Positions 1 through 13,132 of a stretch of 64,000 nucleotides of DNA are shown here, one piece after another. This DNA is from Eledone cirrhosa (taxonomy: Eukaryota). The notes beneath the pieces were generated by a model that saw only the letters and a list, made by a program, of their open reading frames with translations, was not told the origin of the DNA and made no database searches. Every line of letters starts with the position of its first letter. Position 1 is the first letter of the stretch. A program made the position numbers and the translations under genes. The stretch is from assembly GCA_964016885.1 (NCBI GenBank), contig OZ024741.1:406162001-406226000 (forward strand), given 5' to 3'.

Positions 1-192
1 AGAACATGATATGAAGGCTAAAAAACACTTGTGGATAGTGCAGTTTTAAATCAACATATCAACATAAAATATATGGAACTCCTTTAACCATCTTTTGATC
101 TTATATTATGCATACTCCAGTCCCACAAACTGTAGAGTGCTTCTTATCCGATATCTGCATTGCTTTATTGTACTACAATAAAACTCACCTCC

Positions 193-422
<230 letters not shown>

Positions 423-502
423 ATAATAAATTTGAAGACTAAAATCCAAAGAGGGCTCGATAAGTATAAATATATATCAAATATATAAGAACCGTAGAGC
501 AA

Positions 503-1356
503 ATATTTATTAAAATAACAGATTAAAGTTTAAGCAAAGAATCGCTGCTTTCACTCTCAACGGGATCTTCTGAAACTAACAAAGTCAATCTGTGAACGCA
601 GAAGTGAATATTTCAAAAAACGTTGCAACCGGAGGAAGACAGGAAAACGATACTTTGGTTCGTGGAAACGTTCCCTGGCAAAGAACGTTTATATATATAT
701 ATTAAATATATATATTTTTATGTGTACTTGGTGTATACATTCGTATGCGTGCGGGTACAGGCGTTGCGTGGGTTCTGTATGTGCGTGCGGGTTTTGGGGG
801 TTTTTTTGTGTACGTGCGTGTATTTGTATACCTATGGCGAGTGTTTTCGCGTATGCTTGTGTATGTACGTATATGGATGCGTGTATGTATTTATTTAATT
901 TCAATTACCTCTGTATTTTATTTACTTTTTTCTTAACTCTGAAGCCTAGAGTGATTCGGTTTCCTAGTTAGAATTTTAGTCTTTGCGTGCAATTGTTCTC
1001 CCCGCTACACACATGACGTATTATCTTCGTTGTTTCCGTTCATTGCCAGAGAACGTCTCTATGAACCACCTAAGAGAACATTAGTCTACGACCTCTTTTA
1101 TACCATAAACGTGGTTTTGTCTTTGCGTGTAATTGTTTTTCACTGCCCCAAATAATGACTTATTATCTTCGTTTTTTCCCGTTCTTTACCAGGGAACGTT
1201 TCCACGAACCAAAGTATCGTCTTCCTGTCTTCCTCCGGTTGCAACGTTTTTTTAAATATCCACTTCTGCGTTTACAGATTGACTTTTTTAGTTTCAGAAG
1301 ATCCCGTTAAGGGTGAAAGCAGCGATTCTTTGCTTAAACTTTAATCTGTTATTTTA

Positions 1357-1364
<8 letters not shown>
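503..1364. mobile_element. Foldback/MITE-like element with ~185-bp imperfect inverted arms
   Basis: 503-687 (atatttattaaaataacagattaaagtttaagc...ccctggcaaagaacg) is the reverse complement of 1180-1364 with scattered mismatches; a diverged internal direct repeat lies at ~980-1070 and ~1120-1210. Confidence 0.7.
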
Positions 1365-2553
<1,189 letters not shown>

Positions 2554-2584
2554 ATAACCTTCGTTTTGTGTAGAAAATTACACT

Positions 2585-2625
<41 letters not shown>

Positions 2626-2913
2626 CAAATAACGAAACGAAATTAAATTTCGTTTCGTTTGTAACTCACTTTTGTATGACTGACGCTTAAACAATTAAGT
2701 TAAAAATGTACATCCACATATGTATACTGAAATACTAGTATGCATATGAATACACACACGTATACATATGTAGATGTACCGAGTTTTTCACTGGTCACTT
2801 TACTGTGAGTGTCCAGCTATTCTGTATGTAAACACACAGACAAACCGGTTTTTAGAGTCATACTGGTTTTTGAGGAAACACCTTTCCTCTATTCTCCAGA
2901 AAGCCAGACAAGG

Positions 2914-2958
2914 AATATTGAACTAGTTTCGATGTTGTTACATCTCATCAGCAATATT
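2914..2958 (-). ncRNA. Minimal type I hammerhead ribozyme (further copies at 3380-3424, 3847-3891, 4314-4358, 4780-4824)
   Basis: Minus strand reads AATATTG CTGATGA GATGT-AACA-ACATC GAAA C-TA-G TT CAATATT: 7-bp stem I, CUGAUGA core, 5-bp stem II, GAAA, minimal palindromic stem III (ACTAGT), GUU cleavage triplet. Confidence 0.85.
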
Positions 2959-3043
2959 TACCTATCTTTCGGCCTTTCTAGAGAATCGTAAAAGCACATA
3001 TCGTTATATGCTTTTTCTATGAAAATTAGTAGTGGGCAGACTA

Positions 3044-3051
3044 ATTTGCAT
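3044..3051 (-). promoter_or_regulatory. Octamer motif ATGCAAAT in each 466-bp unit, upstream of the ribozyme on the minus strand
   Basis: ctaATTTGCATa occurs in every unit and is conserved in the diverged family at 63728-63735, together with an upstream tatgaaaatta box. Confidence 0.55.
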
Positions 3052-4950
3052 AGAGCGTGAGTACGTACCGGTTCAACGGAGACGATAAAAACAAATAACG
3101 AAACGAAATTAAATTTCGTTTCGTTTGTAACTCACTTTTGTATGACTGACGCTTAAACAATTAAGTTAAAAATGTACATCCACATATGTATACTGAAATA
3201 CTAGTATGCATATGAATACACACACGTATACATATGTAGATGTACCGAGTTTTTCACTGGTCACTTTACTGTGAGTGTCCAGCTATTCTGTATGTAAACA
3301 CACAGACAAACCAGTTTTTAGAGTCATACTGGTTTTTGAGGAAACACCTTTCCTCTATTCTCCAGAAAGCGAGACAAGGAATATTGAACTAGTTTCGATG
3401 TTGTTACATCTCATCAGCAATATTTACCTATCTTCCGGCCTTTCTAGAGAATCGTAAAAGCACATATCGTTATATGCTTTTTCTATGAAAATTAGTAGTG
3501 GGCAGACTAATTTGCATAGAGCGTGAGTACGTACCGGTTCAACGGAGACGATAAAAACAAATAACGAAACGAAATTAAATTTCGTTTCGTTTGTAACTCA
3601 CTTTTGTATGACTGACGCTTAAACAATTAGGTTAAAAAATGTACATCCACATATGTATACTGAAATACTAGTATGCATATGAATACACACACGTATACAT
3701 ATGTAGATGTACCGAGTTTTTCACTGGTCACTTTACTGTGAGTGTCCAGCTATTCTGTATGTAAACACACAGACAAACCGGTTTTTAGAGTCATACTGGT
3801 TTTTGAGGAAACACCTTTCCTCTATTCTCCAGAAAGCCAGACAAGGAATATTGAACTAGTTTCGATGTTGTTACATCTCATCAGCAATATTTACCTATCT
3901 TCCGGCCTTTCTAGAGAATCGTAAAAGCACATATCGTTATATGCTTTTTCTATGAAAATTAGTAGTGGGCAGACTAATTTGCATAGAGCGTGAGTACGTA
4001 CCGGTTCAACGGAGACGATAAAAACAAATAACGAAACGAAATTAAATTTCGTTTCGTTTGTAACTCACTTTTGTATGACTGACGCTTAAACAATTAAGTT
4101 TAAAAATGTACATCCACATATGTATACTGAAATACTAGTATGCATATGAATACACACACGTATACATATGTAGATGTACCGAGTTTTTCACTGGTCACTT
4201 TACTGTGAGTGTCCAGCTATTCTGTATGTAAACACACAGACAAACCGGTTTTTAGAGTCATACTGGTTTTTGAGGAAACACCTTTCCTCTATTCTCCAGA
4301 AAGCCAGACAAGGAATATTGAACTAGTTTCGATGTTGTTACATCTCATCAGCAATATTTACCTATCTTCCGGCCTTTCTAGAGAATCGTAAAAGCACATA
4401 TCGTTATATGCTTTTTCTATGAAAATTAGTAGTGGGCAGACTAATTTGCATAGAGCGTGAGTACGTACCGGTTCAACGGAGACGATAAAAACAAATAACG
4501 AAACGAAATTAAATTTCGTTTCGTTTGTAACTCACTTTTGTATGACTGACGCTTAAACAATTAAGTTTAAAATGTACATCCACATATGTATACAGAAATA
4601 CTAGTATGCATATGAATACACACACGTATACATATGTAGATGTACCGAGTTTTTCACTGGTCACTTTACTGTGAGTGTCCAGCTATTCTGTATGTAAACA
4701 CACAGACAAACCAGTTTTTAGAGTCATACTGGTTTTTGAGGAAACACCTTTCCTCTATTCTCCAGAAAGCGAGACAAGGAATATTGAACTAGTTTCGATG
4801 TTGTTACATCTCATCAGCAATATTTACCTATCTTCCGGCCTTTCTAGAGAATCGTAAAAGCACATATCGTTATATGCTTTTTCTATGAAAATTAGTAGTG
4901 GGCAGACTAATTTGCATAGAGCGTGAGTACGTACCGGTTCAACGGAGACG

Positions 4951-5520
4951 AGAAAAACTCGGTACATCTACATATGTATACGTGTGTGTATTCATATGCA
5001 TACTAGTATTTCAGTATACATATGTGGATGTACATTTTTAACTTAATTGTTTAAGCGTTAGTCATACAAAAGTGAGTTACAAACGAAACGAAATTTAATT
5101 TCGTTTCGTTATTTGTTTTTATCGTCTCCGTTGTACCGGTACGTACTCACGCTCTATGCAAATTAGTCTGCCCACTACTAATTTTCATAGAAAAAGCATA
5201 TAACGATATGTGCTTTTACGATTCTCTAGAAAGGCCGGAAGATAGGTAAATATTGCTGATGAGATGAGATGTAACAACATCGAAACTAGTTCAATATTCC
5301 TTGTCTGGCTTTCTGGAGAATAGAGGAAAGGTGTTTCCTCAAAAACCAGTATGACTCTAAAAACCGGTTTGTCTGTGTGTTTACATACAGAATAGCTGGA
5401 CACTCACAGTAAAGTGACCAGTGAAAAACTCGGTACATCTACATATGTATACGTGTGTGTATTCATATGCATACTAGTATTTCAGTATTCATATGTGGAT
5501 GTACATTTTTAACTTAATTA
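4951..5520 (+). repeat. Inverted ~1.2-unit copy of the 466-bp repeat, with a plus-strand hammerhead at 5249-5298
   Basis: Reverse complement of the array unit; the ribozyme has a 5-nt GATGA duplication; the arm ends in (TA)n at ~5519. Confidence 0.92.
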
Positions 5521-5753
5521 TATATATATATATATGTGTGTGTGTGTATATAGACTGTACATACAAATACACACACACACATGTATATATATATATACAT
5601 ATATATAGATATAGAATATCGATACACACACACACACCCACACACACACACACATACACATATATATATATACATAGAATATACGTACAAATACACACAC
5701 ACATGTATATATATATATACATATAGATAGATAGATAGATATAGAATATCGAT

Positions 5754-5804
<51 letters not shown>

Positions 5805-6194
5805 AATAAAAGGCAGAGTTAATAACTCATACTGATACCCTGTAAGTAACAAGCTCAAAGTATAAATACTGAGCATTTCAATAATATATGTAGTAATAAA
5901 CACAGTAAATCGTGTGTCTAAAATTACGAGGGTTGAAATACCACATTTGTTTGAGAAATTTAATCAGAAGCAAGCGGAATATACATAATATAAAATAAAA
6001 TAAAATATATACAGACCATATATATATATATATAACATGTTAATGGAATTAAACATTTGACAGCTACCGTCACAAAAGAAAAACGTAAAGGAAAAACTAA
6101 AAATATTTATTGAAGGATCTGTTGAAGTGTTTTTTGTTATGAATTAGATTGGAATCAGTATTAGGGTGATTAGCTCCCTTACTTTAATTGTGTG

Positions 6195-6530
6195 TGGGTA
6201 ACAGCCCACACCTATGTGTGTGTATGTGACAGCTCACACCTATGTGTGTGAGTGACAGCACACACCTATGTGTGTGTGACAGCTCAGACCTATGTGTGTG
6301 TGTGACAGCTCAGACCTATGTGTGTGTCTGTGTGTGACAGCTCACACCTAAGTGTGTGTGTGTGACAGCTCACACCTATGTGTGTGTCTGTGTGTGACAG
6401 CTCACACCTAAGTGTGTGTGTGTGTGACAGTTCACACCTATGTGTGTGTCTGTGTGTGACAGCTCACACCTAAGTGTGTGTGTGTGTAACAGCTCACGCC
6501 TATGTGTGTGTTACAGCTCACACCTATGCA
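6195..6530. repeat. Minisatellite with variable ~22-32-bp unit (gtgtgtgacagctcacaccta)
   Basis: About 12 copies with variable GT spacer. Confidence 0.9.
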
Positions 6531-6589
6531 GGTTTAGCTGGCCTCCTCCAAGGTATATCTCGCTGGAGGTGTCTTAGGTGATTTAATGA

Positions 6590-6748
6590 TAGGGACCCCA
6601 GTCCTATCATCTCATTACAGCTGAGTAAAGTGGAGCAACGTGAAATAAAGTGTCTTGCTCAAGGAAACAACACATCACCCGGTCCGAGAATTGAACTCAC
6701 AACCTTTCGATTGCAAGCCCAATGCTCTAACCACTAAGCCATGCGCCT
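6590..6748 (-). mobile_element. tRNA-derived SINE (CORE-like family)
   Basis: Minus strand ggcgcatggcttagtggttagagcattgg (A box) ...gtgagttcaattc (B box) ...ccttgagcaagacactttatttcacgttgctcca; homologous to plus-strand copies at ~58360 and ~58540. Confidence 0.75.
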
Positions 6749-6804
6749 TACTCTAATTAGTCTCTACTGAGACGAATAAAATATAAATACCAGTAATATA
6801 AGGT

Positions 6805-7330
6805 AGGTGAGTCGTTGGTGAGATGGCAGAATCTGTAGAGCGTCGGACATGTTTTACGGCCCTTTACGTTCTGAGGTCAAATCCTGCCGTGGTTAGCTTT
6901 GCCTTTCGTCCTTACGATGTCGATAAAATAAAGTACCAGTCACGTACTGAGGTCGATTTCATCGTCTTACCCTTCTCCCAAATTACTGGCCTTGTGCCTA
7001 TAGCAGAAATCATTATTATTATTATTATTGAGGGTGGTGGAGTCGCAGTATTTGTAGAGACTCGGGCGCCATGCTTTGCAGCATAGAGTTACGGCCCTTT
7101 ATGATCTGAGTTCAAATCCCGTCGAGGTTAACTTTGCCATTATTTTTAATATTGAGGGTGGTGGATTGACGGTATCGGCAGAGCATCAATCATGTTTTAC
7201 GGTATAGAATTACGTCCCTTTATGTTTTGAGTTCAAATCCCTCCAAGGTTATCTTTGCCTTTCATCCTTACAGGGGTCCATAAAATAAAGTTCATGTAAC
7301 AGACAGGTCGATTTAATCGACTTTCTCCTC
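6805..7330 (+). mobile_element. Three tandem partial copies of a second tRNA-derived SINE family
   Basis: Recurrent tggcagaatc/gagttcaaatcc boxes and body aactttgcctttcatccttac...gtcgataaaataaagtaccagt. Confidence 0.8.
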
Positions 7331-7339
7331 CTTCTTCCA

Positions 7340-7530
7340 GCGATTCTTTCCTAAGACTTCCTAACGACATGCCCATAGTATCGGAACTGTGATCTCTCAA
7401 TTCAGAGAAGTAGCAGCTCTACTTGGAGTGATCCTCTGATCTCCGAGCTACGCACTCCATTGAGTAATGTTACTCTAAATACCCTTCCGAGGAACCCAAT
7501 TTCAGTTGGTTGTATTCGCGATCGTCTTTT
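7340..7530 (-). pseudogene. RTE-clade LINE fragment (region C-terminal of RT)
   Basis: Minus frame RSRIQPTEIGFLGRVFRVTLLNGVRSSEIRGSLQVELLLL*IERSQFRYYGHVVR resembles the RTE motif AEMxFLRxIxGVT..DxVRS..IR..L.VEPLLL.IE..QLRWxGHVxRM. Confidence 0.7.
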
Positions 7531-7724
7531 TCGCCTACCTCCTTTCTTCTGATTACTGAATGCTGAAGCTGGAGAATTACAGCACCAGCTCATGCAAAGA
7601 CACCATTTAGTATAAATTAGAACCAGGTCATACCTAGAATGTATTTCAAGAAATGGAAATTAAACTAGATCCTGAAATAATTTCAATTAACTTCAAGAGC
7701 TAAAACTGAATAATGGTTTCTTAT

Positions 7725-7930
7725 ATAGGCACAAGTCCATCAAATTTGGGGGAGGGGAAAGTCGATTAAATCGACTCCAGTGTCTGACTGGTACTTTATT
7801 TTATCGACCCCGTAAGGATGAAAGGCAAAGTTAACATCGGCGGGATTTGAACTCAAACCATAAAGAGCAGTAACTCTATGCTGCAAATCATGGCGTCCGA
7901 CCCTCTACCGATACTGCCAATCCAACGCCC
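7725..7930 (-). mobile_element. tRNA-derived SINE, near full length
   Basis: Reverse complement of the same family as 12568-12758. Confidence 0.8.
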
Positions 7931-8207
7931 TGCTGAAGCTGAATAATGCAAGACATTTGGACTCCTTCTTTACTGCATCAACACACAAACTCTTATATCC
8001 ATGTATACTAGATTACACAAGAGTAGTCGAAGTAGATGATTGCATTGAACACCACATAATATTGGTTCTTGAAAATAAAATCCTGAAATGGAGATAGAAT
8101 GTTAATGTCGCCTACGGCAGGAATTGAACTCACAATAGAGAGAAAAACAAAATATTTTATACTCAACTGTTCTCATTCCCCTTCACTCTCTGATTAACTC
8201 ACCCACA

Positions 8208-8215
8208 TATATAAA
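8208..8215 (+). promoter_or_regulatory. TATA box of the H1 gene
   Basis: TATATAAA about 45 bp upstream of the ATG at 8258. Confidence 0.5.
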
Positions 8216-8257
8216 TAAATCGTAACTGGAGAGTTGAAGCACGTACAGTAAAGTAAT

Positions 8258-9004
8258 ATGGAGTCAAACGAAACATCGGTTGTAAAATCTTTCTTCAAAA
8301 AAGTATCCGCTGAGAAGAAATCAAACGAACGACCAACTCACCCTACCTATAGCAAAATGATAAAGGAAGCCATTTCATTTTTAAATGAACCTAAAGGCTC
8401 ATCTCGTCAAGCTATTAGTAAATATATTGAAAATATATACCATCTAGCGTCGGATAAGAAACGTGTACAAAGCCGTCTGAAGTTGACTTTAATTCGCGAT
8501 GTTAAAGATGGGCGTCTTCAACAAAAAACTGGCAAAGGTGCTATGGGTTCGTTTAAAGTTATTGAAGCGAAAAAGAAGTCTGCAAAGAAACCTAAAACAG
8601 ATAAAAATGCAACCGCTAAAAACGTATCAACTAAATCAGATAAAGAATTATCCCCTCCTAAAAAGGTAATCCCAAAGAAGAAAAAGGAATCGAAATCTAC
8701 TAAATCTCCTAAAATAGAACAACCAACCACAAAAGCTAAAAAGGAACCAGTAATATCTACTATAAAAGATAAAACGCCAACATTACCGAAACAGAAGCTC
8801 AAAGTAGAAAAGAGAGCGAAGAAAAAAATTGAACTCCCGAAATTAACAATTAGAGAGACTGGGAAAAAGTCACATAAAGTTAAGTCAAACCTGATGAAAT
8901 TTACTCCTAAGAAAAAACGTGGGAATGGTATAAGCCGGGTTGTAACTCCGCGGAGAGTGTTATATAACCCGAAATCGAAAACAAAAAATACATCGAACTT
9001 ATAA
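8258..9004 (+). CDS. H1: Linker histone H1/H5 family protein, intronless, 248 aa
   Basis: Globular domain HPTYSKMIKEAI...PKGSSRQAISKYI...LQQKTGKGAMGSFKV, then a Lys/Pro-rich tail with S/TP motifs (SPPKK, SPK, TPKK, TPRR); intact ATG to TAA. Confidence 0.92.
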   Translation: MESNETSVVKSFFKKVSAEKKSNERPTHPTYSKMIKEAISFLNEPKGSSRQAISKYIENIYHLASDKKRVQSRLKLTLIRDVKDGRLQQKTGKGAMGSFKVIEAKKKSAKKPKTDKNATAKNVSTKSDKELSPPKKVIPKKKKESKSTKSPKIEQPTTKAKKEPVISTIKDKTPTLPKQKLKVEKRAKKKIELPKLTIRETGKKSHKVKSNLMKFTPKKKRGNGISRVVTPRRVLYNPKSKTKNTSNL

Positions 9005-9238
9005 AAAGTATTTGAAAGGTTCACTGAATATAATCGAATATCTGGAATTTTCTTTTGGACACCTTTTTCAATATTTTATATCATTTATTCCGTCGTTACG
9101 TTTCGTATAGTTTATATATGGAAAACATTACGTTTTGTGAAATCGATTCACTGTGATTGGACTTGTCTGACTTGGTTTTTAATGTAAGCCAAATATTTTA
9201 ATAAGCTTTTTGTTTTAAAAAAAAAAATGTTTATTGGA

Positions 9239-9244
9239 AATAAA
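9239..9244 (+). terminator. Polyadenylation signal of H1
   Basis: AATAAA ~235 nt after the stop, followed by a GT/T-rich stretch; no histone stem-loop seen. Confidence 0.55.
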
Positions 9245-9389
9245 AGTATAAGGTACCGCCTGTTTTCTTAATCCTTTAAAATTCCAATTTTCTGACAATT
9301 TGGATACATTATAGAATGGCGTTCAATGTCAAACTCGAAATATAACGCAGTTTTATTTTTATTTAAACGGAAACTTGGGTTTCAGATCG

Positions 9390-11090
9390 TATTCCGCCGA
9401 GGTTAACTTTGCTTTTCATCCTTATGGGGTCGATAAAATAAAGTATCAGTAATATACTGAGATAATTGTTGGCCTTGTGCCAAAAGTAGAAATAATTATA
9501 ATTATTAACTACATTCATTCTATTCTCCACCACCCCACAAAATATAAATTCGTTTAATGTTCAACATGAAACGATAATCCAATTAAGTTTGTGACCTGAA
9601 GTTTAATTTCTAGTAAAATCGCTTCTCACATAATTGTTTATGTAAAATTCTCATAGTATCGAATGCGGGTTACTGCTACTTTATCTTATCAACCTCAAAA
9701 GGATGAAAGGCAAAAATAATCCTGCCGGGGTTAGCTTTGCTTTTCACTCTTTTAAGCTGGATAGAATAAAGTACAGTAAGACGCTAGCGTAGATAGAATA
9801 AAGTACAGTAAGACGCTAGCGTAGATAGAATCGACTTTCCTCTTCGCTTCCAATTGCTGGCCTACTGTCAAATGTAGAAGTTATTGTTTTAATAAGTTCT
9901 TTAACAGTTTGTGAATGCTTTTGTCTTTATTTCTTTTCGATCAGTTGGTTTATGGAGCCTATGTAAGTTGTACTGGTCTATGTAGTTTTCCCACGACAGG
10001 AAGAAGCTAATTTTTAACTCGATCCTCCCCGTTTTGTGGACAAAGGAACGCTGTGGGTGCTTCCTCGCGAGCATTCTCACGGGTTAAGGTAACTGATTTC
10101 TAGAGGAAATTATTGATTTCAGTACTAAAGGATGGAAGGCAAAATTGATATCGGAGGATTTTTAATTCTGGAACAAATGCTGCAAAGTATTTATTCCATG
10201 TATTCACAATTCTGCTAATAATCTGCTTCAAGAACATGGCGGCATTGTATGACGGACAGATAAGTTGAAGCCGTCGGATAACTCAGTCCTGAAGTAAATA
10301 TACCCAGTAAAGATTATATCTCTAAAAACTGATTTAGAAATCCCGCCAACATCATCCTTCTACATTTGATAAAATAAAGCTCTTGTCAAGTACTGTTCTA
10401 TGTAATAGAACTATATGCAAACCCCGCCCAACATAGGCATTGTTTCAATTAGAAATATCTATATTATCTATTGAAGGGTATTAAACTGTCAGAAACGTTA
10501 AATTCCTGCTTAATCGACTAACATAACTGTTTCAAACTGTTTATAATTCACTGCAACCAATCTCAAAAATAAAACTTCAAAGAATCTATCAATTATTCCC
10601 GTTTGTCTATAAACATGTCTTTTGTACTTAAATAACAGACATTACTACACATCGAAATTAACTGAGGTGGGGTTGGGGGAGTTACGCAGAGACGCCTACA
10701 TGAAAAAAAGTGAGTGGGGGCATACATTTTTGTGATCTCCGAAATATTTTGACGAATTACATTCATTTGGTTTACGTGTTTCGACAAGGGGTGAAAAAAT
10801 GGGGGAAATGGTGAAAAGCTCGACCCGGGGTCGATAGAATAAAGCACCAGTAATGCACTGGGGTCGATTTAATTCACTTTCCCCTCCCATAAAATTGTTG
10901 GTCATGAGCCTAAATTAGAAACCATTATTAGATATATAGGGCGGTGGATTGGCAGTATCGGTAGAGGGTTTGACGCATAGAGTTACGGCCGAGGTTAACT
11001 TTGCTTTTCATCCTTATGGGGTCGATAAAATAAAGTACCAGTAATACACTGGGTAATTGCTGGCCTTGTGCCAAAAGTAGAACCACATTA
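9390..11090. mobile_element. Cluster of SINE fragments in both orientations
   Basis: The body gaggttaactttgcttttcatccttatggggtcgataaaataaagtaccagt recurs at ~9395, ~9725, ~10820 and ~10990, with inverted pieces at ~9680 and ~10125. Confidence 0.75.
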
Positions 11091-11312
11091 GATATATAGA
11101 GATGTATCTATATGGTTAGTATTTTAGCATTGGCTCAAATAACTCGGATTTAACCCTTAATGTCACTTCTATAAACTCAGGGAAGTCATAAAATATACCA
11201 AGTTATATAGGGAAATATGCAATTCCAAGAAAAACGTTCAAATGTCACAGCAATGTAATATCGAAAAATAATTGAACTCTGTTATAAACTGTCAACTTTG
11301 CTTAAAATTATA

Positions 11313-11950
11313 TCTATATTTATATACAGTTGTAGTTCCTGTCTGTTTGTCTGTTTTTGTTCACGAACTCCTCCTATGGTTTTGGAGATAGACCCCATAA
11401 CTATATATATTCTGAAACTACATTGCCCAGGGTACAGGATAAGTATGTCATTTTAATGAAAGGGTTCCCCGGGGGCACAAACCCCCGCTGAAAATGTTTT
11501 CCCTTCAATTTATATGAAATTTAAACTATAGGTAAATGACAAGATATGATGCCTATTCAGCAAATTTCAATAATATTAAGACACCCTAATTGGGGTTAAA
11601 CCCCCTATAGTGAACATTTTGGAAACCTATAACTTGAGTATTGGAAATTTGAACTTCTAATTTGAAAATAATGCTTTACACAAAAATGAAATGATCAAGT
11701 TTTGAATTGATATTTTGATAAAAATTATTTACAAGAAACAAAATAAGAATAAGATTTATTAATGTAACTTTGATTTGATATATTACAAAATTTAATGTTT
11801 TCCAATTTTTCATGCATTACATTTTACATTGAGTAATATTGAAATGCAGAGTTTTTCTCTATAAATTATATCACTGATTTAAAATCAATCATCATTTTCT
11901 TACAAAAACAAAATGTGTGAAACGCAACAAGGCGCGGGTAATTCGGCTAG
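11313..11950 (+). mobile_element. Non-autonomous Helitron (diverged family)
   Basis: 5' TCTATAT, ctgtctgtttgtctgt tract near the 5' end, GC-rich subterminal segment and 3' CTAG; flanked by A and T. Confidence 0.65.
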
Positions 11951-12567
11951 TATATATATATATATATTGTGTGTGTGTATGTATATATAAATCAGGATTA
12001 TACTAGAATTAAAGTAGTAAGACCATTGCTGTCGAAACGGCAAGGGCTCAGCCCCTACTCTCTATTATAGATAGATATAGGAAAATATGTATAAATATAT
12101 AAATAGATCTTTATGTTTGTATGTACAACTGAGCGTGTAAGTGTACTGAGACATGTTTTGAACTATGGATTTACGCATGGCTAATGGACTAACAACTTGA
12201 AGCGAAAACAATTCTAAAAAACAAACAATTATGGAATACTGAATCCTCGTGCCTCTTTTAAAAAGCTGCCATTTTCCATGTAATCTATTATTAATTATTT
12301 GAAAGTGAAACAGCCGAAGGCTGCATTATGCTCTTTTTATTTTCTTTCAGGAATTGATTAGTTTATTCTCCAGAGCTTGGAATTGTAAATGATTACAATT
12401 GGTAAATTTCTGTAACTGTTAATTCACTCAAGACAGCCATTCTGTTTATATAATTTGGAAAGGGTGCCGAAAGGTTATTTTCTGTTTGGAAAATGTTGAG
12501 GAAAAATGGTGGGAGAAAGGTAGTGTTGTGGCCAAGTATTATATGAATTATGAAGTCACGGTGAAAG

Positions 12568-12758
12568 GCGGTGAATTGGCAGTATCGGTAGAGGGTTGGA
12601 CGCAATACTTTCTAGCATAGAGTTACCTCTCTTTATGGTCTGAGTTCAAATCCCGCCGATATTAACTTTGCCTTTCATCCTTATGGGGTCGATAAAATAA
12701 AGTACCAGTAATGTACTGGGTTATTGCTGGCCTTGTGCCAAAAGTAGAAACAATTATA
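12568..12758 (+). mobile_element. tRNA-derived SINE, full-length-like copy
   Basis: A box TGGCAGTATCGG, B box GAGTTCAAATCC, conserved body, ends ggccttgtgccaaaagtagaaacaattat. Confidence 0.85.
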
Positions 12759-12938
12759 TAGATTATGAAGTCACCTGATAACTGGTTCATTCCCATTGCA
12801 TGGCACCATGAACAAATTTTCTTTTACTATCGCTGAGAACTAGCTAATGACTTTTGAGTAGAATTTGGTAGGCGGAGATTGTGTGTAAGCCCAATTTATA
12901 TGTATCGATATGTGTGTGTTTCTGTATGTGTATATAGG

Positions 12939-13132
12939 CATACCTGCAAACCTCTGAATCCCAAACGGGGAGTACCATGGAAGAAAGTGCCACAAAACTG
13001 GGAGAAATTAGTCAAAATGGGGAGATTTAATATAATGAAATCTATACCCATTTTCACAGGAGCAGATATCTCTCACCCACCCCAAAATGGGTGAGAGATC
13101 TCCCCGTCGGATGGGGTAAGTTGACAGGTGTG
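12939..13132. mobile_element. Short MITE with degenerate terminal inverted repeats
   Basis: catacctgcaaacct ... aagttgacaggtgtg; flanks atatagg / atacagg resemble a target-site duplication. Confidence 0.45.

Larger units (their letters stand above)
2620..4950 (-). repeat. Tandem array of five 466/467-bp units, each with a hammerhead ribozyme (retrozyme-like satellite)
   Basis: Equivalent positions recur at 2809, 3275, 3742, 4209 and 4675; units are nearly identical and the array starts directly after (TA)n. Confidence 0.95.

Noticed and set aside
2809-2991. 60-aa ORF repeated in each 466-bp unit
   Set aside because: GTG start in a eukaryote, no recognisable domain, frameshifted in the inverted copy and absent from the related family at 63.3 kb.
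8518-9024. 168-aa antisense ORF, and similar antisense ORFs within Tx1 ORFs
   Set aside because: Shadows of the sense ORFs.
12568-12660. tRNA genes suggested by A and B boxes
   Set aside because: No cloverleaf; these are SINE heads.
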